Source: Planctomycetota bacterium (GTDB lineage Bacteria > Planctomycetota > UBA1135 > UBA2386). Taken from it: a stretch of DNA of 64,000 bases. How positions within the stretch are numbered: position 1 is the first letter of the stretch; every line of letters begins with the position of its first letter. The notes below the pieces were generated by a model. The model did no database searches, had not been told where the DNA came from, and saw nothing but the letters and a program-made list of their open reading frames with translations. The stretch spans positions 7,520,001 to 7,584,000 of the forward strand of contig OZ245006.1 in the NCBI GenBank assembly GCA_965223545.1. The letters run 5' to 3'. Made by a program: the position numbers and the translations under genes. This document shows positions 21,380-30,495 of the stretch, piece by piece.

Positions 21380-22762
21380 TCACCCAGCCTCGGCGATCGG
21401 TATGAGCTTGTACCCGAGGGATTTAGCGTTCTGTCGGAGTCCGACGATGCGTCGCTGGGTGAAGCGCTCCTCGTAGGCCTTGGCGCCTTCGTCTACGTAG
21501 TCCTGGCCGAACTTCAGCATGCGGTAGATGAGCAGGGCCAGTTTGCGGGCGATGGCAAAGATGGCGACGTTGCCGTCCTTCGCGCGGGCGATCTTGCGGA
21601 AGTGTGCGCCGAGAGCTGTCTGAGTACGTTGGAGGGACAGGGCGGCCATCCGGAGGACCGTGGCGATCCTGCTGACCGCGATGTTGTTGCGGTGCTTCTT
21701 GATGCGCTTTCCACCCGAGACGGCTTGACGTGGGCACAGGCGTAGCCAGGAGACGAAGTGCTTCTCGGTCGGGAAAGCTTCGAGGTCGTAGCCGACCTCG
21801 GTGAGCACGATCATGGCCGTGCTCGGGCTGATACCGTCGATTCGCGTGAGATCACACCCGACGAGCCGGCAGAGGGCATCGCGAAGCTCCCGGCCGCCCT
21901 TCGTTCGGATGCTCCTCTCCTTGCGGGGGTCTGGATGCTCGGGGACGTCGGCCGTCTTGGCTTCCTCCGGTTGCAGGTCCTCGATCATCGCCATCAATCG
22001 CTTCTCGACCGACTCGATCTCGTGGTCGGTGTGCTCGAGCATCCGCAAGCCCGAAGCGAGAGTGAAGATGTGCTCCTCGATCCAGGTCCCTTGCAAGTGA
22101 TCCGCGAGCTCCTTCTCGGAGATCTTGCAGCGCGGATCACGCAGTCTGGCGAGCGCTCGAGGGTCGCGTTCACCAGCGAGAATCGCGCGGATGATCGCGA
22201 GGCCGGTCTTGCCGGTGATGTCCGTTACCGCGCGATGGATCGCCACGTTCATCTGATCCAGTGACCGCTGCATCAACTGCGTGTGGCGCGTGCGCTGCGC
22301 GATCAAAGACGCGGCATGGCGTTGCAGGGTCCGCAACGCACAGATGTCCTTCGGAGGCCGGAACGAAGCGCGAATGAGGCCATAGGTGTGTAGCTTCTGC
22401 AGCCAACTGCAATCGCTGGCATCGGACTTGGAGCGGCCCGGCACGTTCTTCACCTCGCGGGCATTCGCGAGGATGACCTCGAAGCCTCTCGACTCGAGTA
22501 GCTCGTAGACGGGAATCCAGTAGACATAGGTGCTCTCCATCGCGACGGATCGCACTCCGAGCTCCTCCAGCCAGTCCGCGAGCGCCTCTAGCTGGGGCGT
22601 CGTCGTTCCGAATCGCTTGATCGGACGACTGCCGTCGGGTGCTGCTGCGCACACCCAGTGCTCGCGGCTGCCGATGTCGATTCCGGCGGCGTTGGGCTTC
22701 ACGACTGGCAATACTTCCGCTGCGGGCTTCTTGCCCTTCCTCGTTCTGCTCTTCCCAGCCAT
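21380..22762 (-). CDS. IS110-family DEDD transposase/recombinase
   Basis: AGIDIG (D), AMEST (E), KSDASD (D,D) RuvC-like domain; C-terminal LTRIDGISP...FVSWLRLCP...SGG (Ser)...AIFAIARKLA. Confidence 0.95.
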   Translation of the reverse strand: MAGKSRTRKGKKPAAEVLPVVKPNAAGIDIGSREHWVCAAAPDGSRPIKRFGTTTPQLEALADWLEELGVRSVAMESTYVYWIPVYELLESRGFEVILANAREVKNVPGRSKSDASDCSWLQKLHTYGLIRASFRPPKDICALRTLQRHAASLIAQRTRHTQLMQRSLDQMNVAIHRAVTDITGKTGLAIIRAILAGERDPRALARLRDPRCKISEKELADHLQGTWIEEHIFTLASGLRMLEHTDHEIESVEKRLMAMIEDLQPEEAKTADVPEHPDPRKERSIRTKGGRELRDALCRLVGCDLTRIDGISPSTAMIVLTEVGYDLEAFPTEKHFVSWLRLCPRQAVSGGKRIKKHRNNIAVSRIATVLRMAALSLQRTQTALGAHFRKIARAKDGNVAIFAIARKLALLIYRMLKFGQDYVDEGAKAYEERFTQRRIVGLRQNAKSLGYKLIPIAEAG

Positions 22763-22784
22763 ACTTCATCCTCATTGTTGTGGT

Positions 22785-22938
22785 GGGCCCGGCCCGAGGC
22801 GGCGATCAAACGAATCTGACCTGCGGGAGTGGGCACGGCGACGTGCCCCTCACCAGTGAAGGATGGCCAACTCGGACCCAGACTGGCTCTGGGGCAAACG
22901 TGCTCCAGTGGCTATTGGGGGCGTAGCTGCCGGGCCCC
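22785..22938 (-). ncRNA. Candidate bridge/seek RNA in the IS110 non-coding end
   Basis: 9-bp closing stem GGGCCCGGC/GCCGGGCCC, internal hairpins, and segments matching the target (22816-22823, 22883-22889). Boundaries are inferred. Confidence 0.55.
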
Positions 22939-22968
22939 TCACACGTTCCCCTCCCCCTTCCTCAGCGG

Positions 22969-24000
22969 CTAGTTTCCTGCCCTGAAGGGCCGACAAATCT
23001 GCCGGGGCAGGACTGGCTCCGTACCTTCAGTTCCCTTTCCGGGCGCGAGCCACGCTGCGGTGAATGCGCCGAGCCACCCACCCAGCGCGTTGCACCAGAA
23101 GTCGTCGATGGACGGGTTGCGCGCCGAGACGAACAGCTGCAACCCCTCGATGCCTGCGCTGTACGCCGCCGCCCAACCGGCGGCGGCCCACGCCCTGCGG
23201 CGCGCTAGCCACACGAGCACGGCGCCGAGTGGGACGAACAGCGCAACGTTGAACAGCAAGTCACGGCGGTTGGAGAAGCGCAGCGGGAGAAACCGCGGGT
23301 AGTTGCGCACCGACCAAAAACGCGCGGGCACGTCGAGATCGCCTCCGCGGACCCGGTGCTCGACGCCGCCGGCGTCGAACGTGAGCGCTTCGACGTCGCC
23401 GAGCCACGGCCGGTTGTAGGTGGGATCGTTGCCGACGACGAGCCGGTAGTCCGGGTCCCAGCGGGGAAACGGAGACTCGTTCAGTGCGCGATCGACGCGC
23501 ACGACTCCGTCCACCGCGACGCGCAGCCGGTGCGCACCAATGTCGACGGTGATCTCCCGCCACTCTCCTGCAGCCAGGGCACCCGCCACCGTCGCCACCG
23601 GCGCACGCCGCACGCGGCCGCCGGGATCGGAGCCCGGCATGCGCAAGTAGAAGACCAGGTCGTCTCCGTCTTGGCCGATGCCGAAGTTGCGCCGGTGCAC
23701 GTGCAGCGCGGTGGTCACAATCCATCCGAGCGGCGCGTCTTCCACCCGGGCCCTGGCGCGCAGGGAGATGCGCAGCTCGCCGCCGCCCATCGCTACAGCT
23801 TGCCAGGTCGGCGCCGCCTCGGTGCGAGCGATGCCGGGGCCCGCGAACTCGAACCCGCCGCTCGCCGTGGCGCGGGCGGCGTTCTCGAGCCGGCGAGGCA
23901 GTTCCCACTCGAACGGCCGCAGCAGTCCCCACGTGTAGATGCCGCCCATGGCGACGAGGACGAGCAGGCGGGCGCGCACACTCAGGTTCGGACTGGGCAA
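22969..24000 (-). CDS. Membrane protein with ConA/LamG-like domain and C-terminal VanZ domain
   Basis: NFGIGQDGDDLVFYLR...LVVGN...RPWLG (LamG-like); DLLFNVALFVPLG...IEGLQLFVSARNPSIDDFWCNALG (VanZ). The stop codon lies inside the IS end. Confidence 0.8.
   Translation of the reverse strand: MPSPNLSVRARLLVLVAMGGIYTWGLLRPFEWELPRRLENAARATASGGFEFAGPGIARTEAAPTWQAVAMGGGELRISLRARARVEDAPLGWIVTTALHVHRRNFGIGQDGDDLVFYLRMPGSDPGGRVRRAPVATVAGALAAGEWREITVDIGAHRLRVAVDGVVRVDRALNESPFPRWDPDYRLVVGNDPTYNRPWLGDVEALTFDAGGVEHRVRGGDLDVPARFWSVRNYPRFLPLRFSNRRDLLFNVALFVPLGAVLVWLARRRAWAAAGWAAAYSAGIEGLQLFVSARNPSIDDFWCNALGGWLGAFTAAWLAPGKGTEGTEPVLPRQICRPFRAGN
23013..23029. repeat. REP-like palindrome copy 2, right half
   Basis: CTGGCTCCGTACCTTCA; 23015-23029 is the exact reverse complement of TGAAGGTACGGAGCC. 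Confidence 0.85.
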
Positions 24001-24070
24001 TGTGCTTGGATTCTACGACCGCCCGACCGAGGTCGCGTGCGCGCTGCGGCCGGCGTAGCATGCCCGGCGC

Positions 24071-27000
24071 ATGTCGTCCTCCCCCGACCGTGTCGTCGTC
24101 GTCGGCGCGCGCGAGCACAATCTGCAGAACGTCGACGTCAGCTTTCCGCGCGACGCGCTGACCACGTTCACCGGCGTGTCCGGCTCGGGCAAGTCGAGCC
24201 TGGCCTACCACACGGTCTACCAGGAGGGGCAGCGGCGGTTCTTGGAAAGCCTGTCCAGCTATGCGCGCCAGTTCCTCGGCCGCATGGAGAAGCCAAAGGT
24301 CGACCGCGTCGAGGGGCTGTCGCCGACCGTGTCGATCGACCAGAAGCAGGGCAGCCACAGTCCGCGGTCGACGGTCGGCACGCTGACCGAGGTGCTCGAC
24401 TACTTGCGGCTCTTGTTCGCCCGGTTGGGCACGCCGCGCTGTCCGGTCTGCGATGCCGAGATCGAGGCCTGGTCGGTGGATCGGATCACCGAGACCGTGC
24501 TGCAGCGTTTCGCAGGGCAGCCCCTGCTCGTCTTGGCGCCGGTCGTGCGCGAGCGCAAGGGCGAGTATCGCAAGGAGCTGGCCGAGTTCCGCGCCCGTGG
24601 CTTCGTCCGTGCCCGCATCGACGGGCAGGTGCGGCGCCTCGACGAGGACATCGCGCTGCACCGCTACAAGTACCACACCATCGAGCTCGTGGTGGATCGC
24701 CTGCGCGTCGACGCCGCGCACAGCTCACGCCTGGCCGAGGCGGTCGAGCAGGCGCTGGGGTTGACCGGTGGGCTGCTGGCGGTGCTCTGCGAAGACGACT
24801 ACCAGCTGTTCTCGACCCAGCGGGCGTGCCCGGACGGACACGGCGCCCTGCCGGAGCTCGAGCCGCGGCTGTTCTCGTTCAACAGCCCGATCGGCGCGTG
24901 CGCCCACTGCGACGGCATGGGCGAGGTGCACAGCTTCGCGGAGAGCTTGCTGGTGCCGGACCCCGACCTGTCGCCGCGCGAAGGCGGGCTGCTGTGCATC
25001 ACCGGCGAGGGGCGATTGGCGTACAGCCAGCTCACGCTGGATCACCTCGACACGGTGGCCGCCGAGTACGGCTTCGACATGGACACGCCCTGGCGCGCGC
25101 TCAGCGCGGCGCAAAAGCGGGTGATGCTGCACGGCACCGGCAAGAAGAAGTTCGAGTTCGTCTGGCGCCGGCAAGGGCGCGGCTACTCGGCGCGCGGCAA
25201 GGATCGCAAGGCGTTTCCGGGGGTGATCGCGCACCTGGAGAAGGTCTACCGCGGCGCGACGGCGCGTCACCTCGACCGGTTTCGGGCCTCGACCGCGTGC
25301 CCCGAGTGCGACGGCCGCCGGCTCAACGACGCCGCCTGCGCGGTGCGGTTCGACGGGCACAGCTTGCCGGAGGTCTCCGCGTGGTCGGTGGCCGAGGCGC
25401 GCGCGTTCTTCGACGACCTGGAGCTGACCGGCAACGCCCTGGCGATCGGTCGCGAGGTGGTGCGGGCGATCCAGCAGCGGCTGCAGTTCCTCGACGAGGT
25501 CGGCCTCAGCTACCTGACCCTGGATCGGCGCGCCGACACGCTGTCCGGTGGCGAGTCGCAGCGCATTCGGTTGGCGGCGCAGGTGGGCTCCGGTTTGCGG
25601 GGAGTGTTGTACGTGCTGGACGAGCCCAGCATCGGTCTGCACGCCCGCGACCATGAGCGGCTGCTGGGTACGCTGGCCGCACTGCGCGACCGCGGCAACA
25701 CCGTCTGCGTCGTCGAGCACGATGAGGCGACGATGCGCGCCAGCGATCACGTCGTCGACGTCGGTCCCGACGCCGGCCGCGGCGGCGGGCGGATCGTAGT
25801 GTCGGGCACCGCGGCCGACGTCGCCGCCGCGCCGGCGTCGCTCACCGGCGCGTATCTGCGCGGCGAGCGTCGCATCGAGCTGCCGGCGGCGCGCCGGACC
25901 GACGACTGCGGCGCGCTCGTGGTGCGCAATGCGCGCCACCACAACCTGCGCGGCATCGACGTCGAGCTGCCGCTGGCGCGCTTGGTGGCGGTCACCGGAG
26001 TCTCCGGCTCGGGCAAGTCGACCTTGGTCAACCATATCCTGAAGCGGGCGTTGCGGCGCGCGCTGCACGGCGCACTGGACGTGCCCGGCGCGCACGACCG
26101 CATCGAGGGCGTCGAGCAGATCGACAAGCTGGTGGAGATCGATCAGGCGCCGATCGGCCGCACGCCGCGCAGCAATCCCGCGACCTACACCAAGACGTGG
26201 GACCACGTCCGCGATCTCTTCGCGGCGTTGCCCGAGTCGCGCGTGCGCGAGTACAAGAAGGGGCGCTTCTCGTTCAACGTCCGCGGCGGCCGCTGCGAGA
26301 GCTGCGAGGGCGCCGGCATCACCCTGCTCGAGATGCAGCTGTTGGCGCCGGTCGAGGTCGTCTGCGAGGACTGCGGCGGGCAGCGCTTCAATCCGGAGAC
26401 CCTGGAGATCGAGCTCAAGGGCCACAACGTGCACGACCTGCTCGAGCTCAGCGTCGACGAAGCGCTCGCCTTGCTCGGCGCGTTCCCCAAGATCGCGCGA
26501 CCCCTGCAGGCGCTGCACGACGTCGGTCTCGGCTACGTCAAGCTGGGCCAGCCCTCGACCACCTTGTCCGGCGGCGAGGCACAGCGCATCAAGTTGGCGA
26601 CCCAGCTGCAGCGGCCACCCACTGGCCGCACGCTGTACTTGTTGGACGAGCCGACCACCGGCCTGCACTTCGAGGACATCCGCCGGCTGATGCAGGCGTT
26701 GCAGCGGCTCGTCGACGCGGGCAACACCGTGGTCGTCATCGAACACAACCTCGACGTGGTTGCCTGCGCCGACTGGATCATCGACCTCGGGCCGGACGGC
26801 GGCTCGGGCGGCGGCGAGATCGTGGGCACCGGCACGCCGGAGGAAGTGGCGGCGTGCGCGGGCTCGCACACCGGCCGTGCGCTGAAGGCCGCACTCGCTC
26901 CGCGCAAGGCGCCGGCGCGGCGGCGGGCCGCGCGGCGCCGCGCGAGCCAGCGGCCGACGCACCTCGAGGTGGTCGGCGCGCGGCAGAACAACCTGCAGTC

Positions 27001-29860
27001 GGTCGATGCGCGGTTGCCGCTGGATCGGCTGACGGTGGTGACCGGGGTGTCGGGGTCGGGAAAGTCGAGCTTGGCGTTCGACACCCTGTTCAGCGAAGGC
27101 CAGCGCCGGTTCGTCGAGAGCTTGTCGACCTATGCCCGGCGATTCCTCGGTCGCATGGACCGCGCCCCCGTCGATCGGCTTGAGGGCATCGGACCGGCGA
27201 TCGCCATCGACCAGCGCGCCAGCCACCGCAGCCCGAGGTCGACGGTCGCCACCGCGACCGAGGTGCACGACTACCTGCGGCTGATGTACGCGCGCATCGG
27301 CCGGCCCCACTGTCCGGAGCACGGTCAAGAGCTGGTGCTGCACTCGCCGAGCAGCATCGCCCGCCAGCTGCGAGCCGAGTTCGAGGATGAGCGCGGCTAC
27401 ATCCTGGCGCCGGTGCGGATGCCAGAGGGCGTCCGCGGTGGTACCGAGGAGGGCCGCCGCGCGTTCCTCGATGCGCTGGTCGCGGGTTGGCGCGAGCAGG
27501 GGTTCGTGCGCGCCTGGGTCGACGGCGGCGAGCACCGGCTGGAGAAGCCGCTGCCGGCGTCCGCTGCCGCCGAGGCTGCGGTCGCGTTGGTCGTCGACCG
27601 GCTGCGGTTCGCCGATCGCGGCCGCGTCGTCGACAGCGTCGCGCAGGCCGGCGTGATGAGTGGCGGCCTGGTGATCGCGCGCACCACCGACGGCGCCGAA
27701 CGCGTGTTCTCCACCGACCGTTCTTGCCCGCACTGTGGCGTGTCGGTGCCCGCGCAACCGCACCCGCGCTACTTCTCGTTCAACCACCACAGCGGAGCGT
27801 GCAAGGCCTGCGGTGGGCTCGGGCAGTCGGTGGCGTGCGATCCCGACCTCCTCGTCAACCTGCCGGAGCGGCCGCTGTTCGGCGGCGCGATCAAGCACCG
27901 CGGCGCTGCCTTCACGTTCTTGTCCAAGCGCAACGGCTGGTACCACAAGGTGGCCAAGCAGGTCGCGCAGCACTTGGGCTTCGACCTCACGGTGGCGTAC
28001 GAGGAGTTGGCGCCAGAGCACCAGCGCGTGCTGATGTGGGGGCTCGAGGAGCCGCGCTTCGAGGTCACGTTTCGGCGCCAGCGGGCGAGCGGCAGTCGGA
28101 GCTACAAGGTCGCCGCCAAGTGGAAGGGGCTGTGCTCTCAGGTCGAGCAGTGGTTTCACGGTCACGATCAGAGCCAGGCGCCGGAGCGGCTGTCGGCGGT
28201 GATGCGGGTCGGGTCGTGCCCGGCGTGCGAGGGCGACCGGCTGCAGCTGGCGCAGCGCCACGTGACCATCGGCAAGCGGCCGCTGCCGGCGGTCTGTCGG
28301 ATGACCGTCGACGACGCCCTCGCCCATCTGCGCCGGTTGCGCCTGCGCAAGGCGGAGCGGACCGTCGCCCAGGACATCCTCGCCGAGATCGACAACCGGT
28401 TGGGGTTCCTGTCCGCGGTGGGGCTCGGCTACCTGACCTTGGATCGCTCGGCGGCGACGCTGTCGGGCGGCGAAGCGCAGCGAATCCGGTTGGCGAGTCA
28501 GCTCGGCAACCAGCTGGTCGGCGTGCTGTACGTGCTCGACGAGCCGACTGTCGGGCTGCACCCGCGCGACACCGAGCAGCTGTTGCAGACGCTGCACTCG
28601 CTGCGCGATCTGGGCAACACCGTGGTCGCGGTCGAGCACGACGAGCAGGTGATCCGCAGCGCGGATCACGTGCTCGACGTCGGCCCCGGCGCAGGCCATC
28701 GCGGCGGTCGGCTCGTCGCCAGCGGCAGCCCCGAAGAGGTGGCGGCGGCCGACTCGCTCACCGGTCGCTACCTGCGCGGCGAGCTCGGCATCCCCGTGCC
28801 CGCCGCGCGCAGCACGCCCCGCGCGCACATCGCGGTGCGCGATGCGCGCTGCCACAACCTGCGCGGCGTCGACGTCGACGTTCCGCTCGGCGTTCTCGCC
28901 GCGGTCACCGGGGTGTCCGGCTCGGGCAAGTCGAGCCTGGTGATGGACGTGCTGCTGCCGCAGTTGCGGCAGCCCAAGCTGCGCGTCGACGGCATCGGCG
29001 ATGCTTCGGTCGTGGTCGTCGACCAATCGCCGATCGGCACCACGCCGTCGAGCAACCCGGCGACCTACGCCGGGGTCATGACCCCGATCCGCGAGCTCTT
29101 CGCGGCGTTGCCGGAGTCACGGGTCAAGGGCTTTCGCGCCGGCCGCTTCTCCTTCAACGTCGCCGAGGGGCGCTGCCCGACCTGCGAGGGCAAGGGCCAG
29201 CTCCGCGTCGAGATGCACTTCTTGGCGGACGTCTGGGTCACCTGCGAGCTCTGTCGCGGCCGGCGCTACAACCAGGAGACCCTCACCGTGCACTACCGCG
29301 GCCGGACGATCGCGGACGTGCTGGAGATGGAGGTCGAGCAGGCGCTGCCGTTCTTCGCCAACTTGCCCAAGATCCGCGCACCGTTGCAGGCGCTCGCCGA
29401 CGTCGGGCTGGGCTACCTGAAGCTGGGACAGCCGGCCAACACCCTGTCGGGGGGCGAGGCCCAGCGCATCAAGCTGGTGTCGCGGCTGTGCAAGGCGTCG
29501 CGCGGTCACGTGATCCACCTCCTCGACGAGCCGACGACCGGGCTGCACCTGGAAGATGTGCGCAAGCTGGTCGATGTACTGGCTCGGCTGGTGCGGGCCG
29601 GCGACAGCGTGGTGGTCATCGAGCACCACCTCGACGTGATCAAGTGCGCCGATTGGGTGCTCGAGCTGGGTCCCGAAGCGGGCGATGGCGGCGGCCGCAT
29701 CGTGGTCGCCGGCACTCCCGAGGAGGTCGCGGCGTGTCGCGACAGCCACACTGGGCGGTTCTTGGCGCCGCTGCTCGCGCCGGCTCGTGCGCCCCGGACA
29801 AAGCGCCCGCGGCGCACATCCGCCGGCGTTTCGCGCCGCAATCGGGAGCAGGCGCAGTGA
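24071..29860 (+). CDS. uvrA: Excinuclease ABC subunit A, double-length (tandem-fused) form
   Basis: Four Walker A GVSGSGKS motifs, four LSGGE signatures, CxxC zinc modules; two complete UvrA units in 1929 aa. Confidence 0.96.
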   Translation: MSSSPDRVVVVGAREHNLQNVDVSFPRDALTTFTGVSGSGKSSLAYHTVYQEGQRRFLESLSSYARQFLGRMEKPKVDRVEGLSPTVSIDQKQGSHSPRSTVGTLTEVLDYLRLLFARLGTPRCPVCDAEIEAWSVDRITETVLQRFAGQPLLVLAPVVRERKGEYRKELAEFRARGFVRARIDGQVRRLDEDIALHRYKYHTIELVVDRLRVDAAHSSRLAEAVEQALGLTGGLLAVLCEDDYQLFSTQRACPDGHGALPELEPRLFSFNSPIGACAHCDGMGEVHSFAESLLVPDPDLSPREGGLLCITGEGRLAYSQLTLDHLDTVAAEYGFDMDTPWRALSAAQKRVMLHGTGKKKFEFVWRRQGRGYSARGKDRKAFPGVIAHLEKVYRGATARHLDRFRASTACPECDGRRLNDAACAVRFDGHSLPEVSAWSVAEARAFFDDLELTGNALAIGREVVRAIQQRLQFLDEVGLSYLTLDRRADTLSGGESQRIRLAAQVGSGLRGVLYVLDEPSIGLHARDHERLLGTLAALRDRGNTVCVVEHDEATMRASDHVVDVGPDAGRGGGRIVVSGTAADVAAAPASLTGAYLRGERRIELPAARRTDDCGALVVRNARHHNLRGIDVELPLARLVAVTGVSGSGKSTLVNHILKRALRRALHGALDVPGAHDRIEGVEQIDKLVEIDQAPIGRTPRSNPATYTKTWDHVRDLFAALPESRVREYKKGRFSFNVRGGRCESCEGAGITLLEMQLLAPVEVVCEDCGGQRFNPETLEIELKGHNVHDLLELSVDEALALLGAFPKIARPLQALHDVGLGYVKLGQPSTTLSGGEAQRIKLATQLQRPPTGRTLYLLDEPTTGLHFEDIRRLMQALQRLVDAGNTVVVIEHNLDVVACADWIIDLGPDGGSGGGEIVGTGTPEEVAACAGSHTGRALKAALAPRKAPARRRAARRRASQRPTHLEVVGARQNNLQSVDARLPLDRLTVVTGVSGSGKSSLAFDTLFSEGQRRFVESLSTYARRFLGRMDRAPVDRLEGIGPAIAIDQRASHRSPRSTVATATEVHDYLRLMYARIGRPHCPEHGQELVLHSPSSIARQLRAEFEDERGYILAPVRMPEGVRGGTEEGRRAFLDALVAGWREQGFVRAWVDGGEHRLEKPLPASAAAEAAVALVVDRLRFADRGRVVDSVAQAGVMSGGLVIARTTDGAERVFSTDRSCPHCGVSVPAQPHPRYFSFNHHSGACKACGGLGQSVACDPDLLVNLPERPLFGGAIKHRGAAFTFLSKRNGWYHKVAKQVAQHLGFDLTVAYEELAPEHQRVLMWGLEEPRFEVTFRRQRASGSRSYKVAAKWKGLCSQVEQWFHGHDQSQAPERLSAVMRVGSCPACEGDRLQLAQRHVTIGKRPLPAVCRMTVDDALAHLRRLRLRKAERTVAQDILAEIDNRLGFLSAVGLGYLTLDRSAATLSGGEAQRIRLASQLGNQLVGVLYVLDEPTVGLHPRDTEQLLQTLHSLRDLGNTVVAVEHDEQVIRSADHVLDVGPGAGHRGGRLVASGSPEEVAAADSLTGRYLRGELGIPVPAARSTPRAHIAVRDARCHNLRGVDVDVPLGVLAAVTGVSGSGKSSLVMDVLLPQLRQPKLRVDGIGDASVVVVDQSPIGTTPSSNPATYAGVMTPIRELFAALPESRVKGFRAGRFSFNVAEGRCPTCEGKGQLRVEMHFLADVWVTCELCRGRRYNQETLTVHYRGRTIADVLEMEVEQALPFFANLPKIRAPLQALADVGLGYLKLGQPANTLSGGEAQRIKLVSRLCKASRGHVIHLLDEPTTGLHLEDVRKLVDVLARLVRAGDSVVVIEHHLDVIKCADWVLELGPEAGDGGGRIVVAGTPEEVAACRDSHTGRFLAPLLAPARAPRTKRPRRTSAGVSRRNREQAQ

Positions 29861-30495
29861 CGCGGCAGCGGGTGCCGCGCGGCGTGTTGTGGATCAGCGA
29901 CGGCCGTGGCGACGTGGAGCGGTTGGTGGCGATCGCCGAGGCGGCGTTGGCCGGGGGGGTGTGCGGCGTGCAGCTGCGCGAGCCCGGGCTCGATGCGCGC
30001 GCGCTCGGCGCTGCCGCCGCGCGCATCCGGCCGCACTGCGACGCGGCCGGTGCCCTGCTCTGGATCAACGACCGCGCCGACGTCGCCGCCGCCACCGCGC
30101 ACGGGGTTCATCTCGGCCACCGCTCGCTGTCGGCCGCAGCCGTGCGCCGCTGGGCGCCGGCCGACCTGTTGCTGAGCGTGGCGGTGCACGATGCCGAGGC
30201 GGCGGCGGGCGCAGGGGCGGACCGGGCGGACTGCGCGACCCTGGCGCCGGTGTTCGACACGACGTGCAAGCCGGGCGCGCGCCCACTGGGCGTGGCGGCG
30301 GCGGCGGCGATCGCGGCAGACGTCGCGCTCCCGATCTACTGGCTCGGCGGCATCGATGCCGCCCGCGCGGCGCAGCTGCGGGCGGTGCAGCCGTTCGGGC
30401 TGGCGGTGCGCAGCGCGATCGCCGCGGCCGCCGATCCTCGCGCGGCGGCCCGTGCCCTGGTCGCGGGGTTTCGTGGTGAGGAGGCCGCGCGGTGA
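29857..30495 (+). CDS. thiE: Thiamine phosphate synthase (ThiE/TenI family)
   Basis: GVQLRE, WINDRADVA, GVHLG, VAVHD, APVFDTTCKPG, LGGID; GTGA overlap with uvrA stop. Confidence 0.85.
   Translation: MTRQRVPRGVLWISDGRGDVERLVAIAEAALAGGVCGVQLREPGLDARALGAAAARIRPHCDAAGALLWINDRADVAAATAHGVHLGHRSLSAAAVRRWAPADLLLSVAVHDAEAAAGAGADRADCATLAPVFDTTCKPGARPLGVAAAAAIAADVALPIYWLGGIDAARAAQLRAVQPFGLAVRSAIAAAADPRAAARALVAGFRGEEAAR

Larger units (their letters stand above)
21373..23015 (-). mobile_element. IS110-family insertion sequence (about 1.64 kb), bounded by a CTG (CAG on the transposase strand) core at both junctions
   Basis: Removing the element and one CTG restores TGAAGGTACGGAGCC-TGACCT-GGCTCCGTACCTTCA. 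No terminal inverted repeats. Long non-coding end upstream of the transposase and only a few bp downstream of its stop. Confidence 0.9.

Noticed and set aside
21373..23015. CTG at both IS ends as a classical target-site duplication, and a sigma70 promoter at the circle junction
   Set aside because: IS110 enzymes recombine at a shared core rather than duplicating the target; I found no convincing -35/-10 pair across the predicted junction.
27487..30495. Apparent 1002-aa protein ending in a ThiE domain
   Set aside because: The upstream part is an off-frame overlap of uvrA; thiE plausibly starts at the GTG at 29857, coupled to the uvrA stop.
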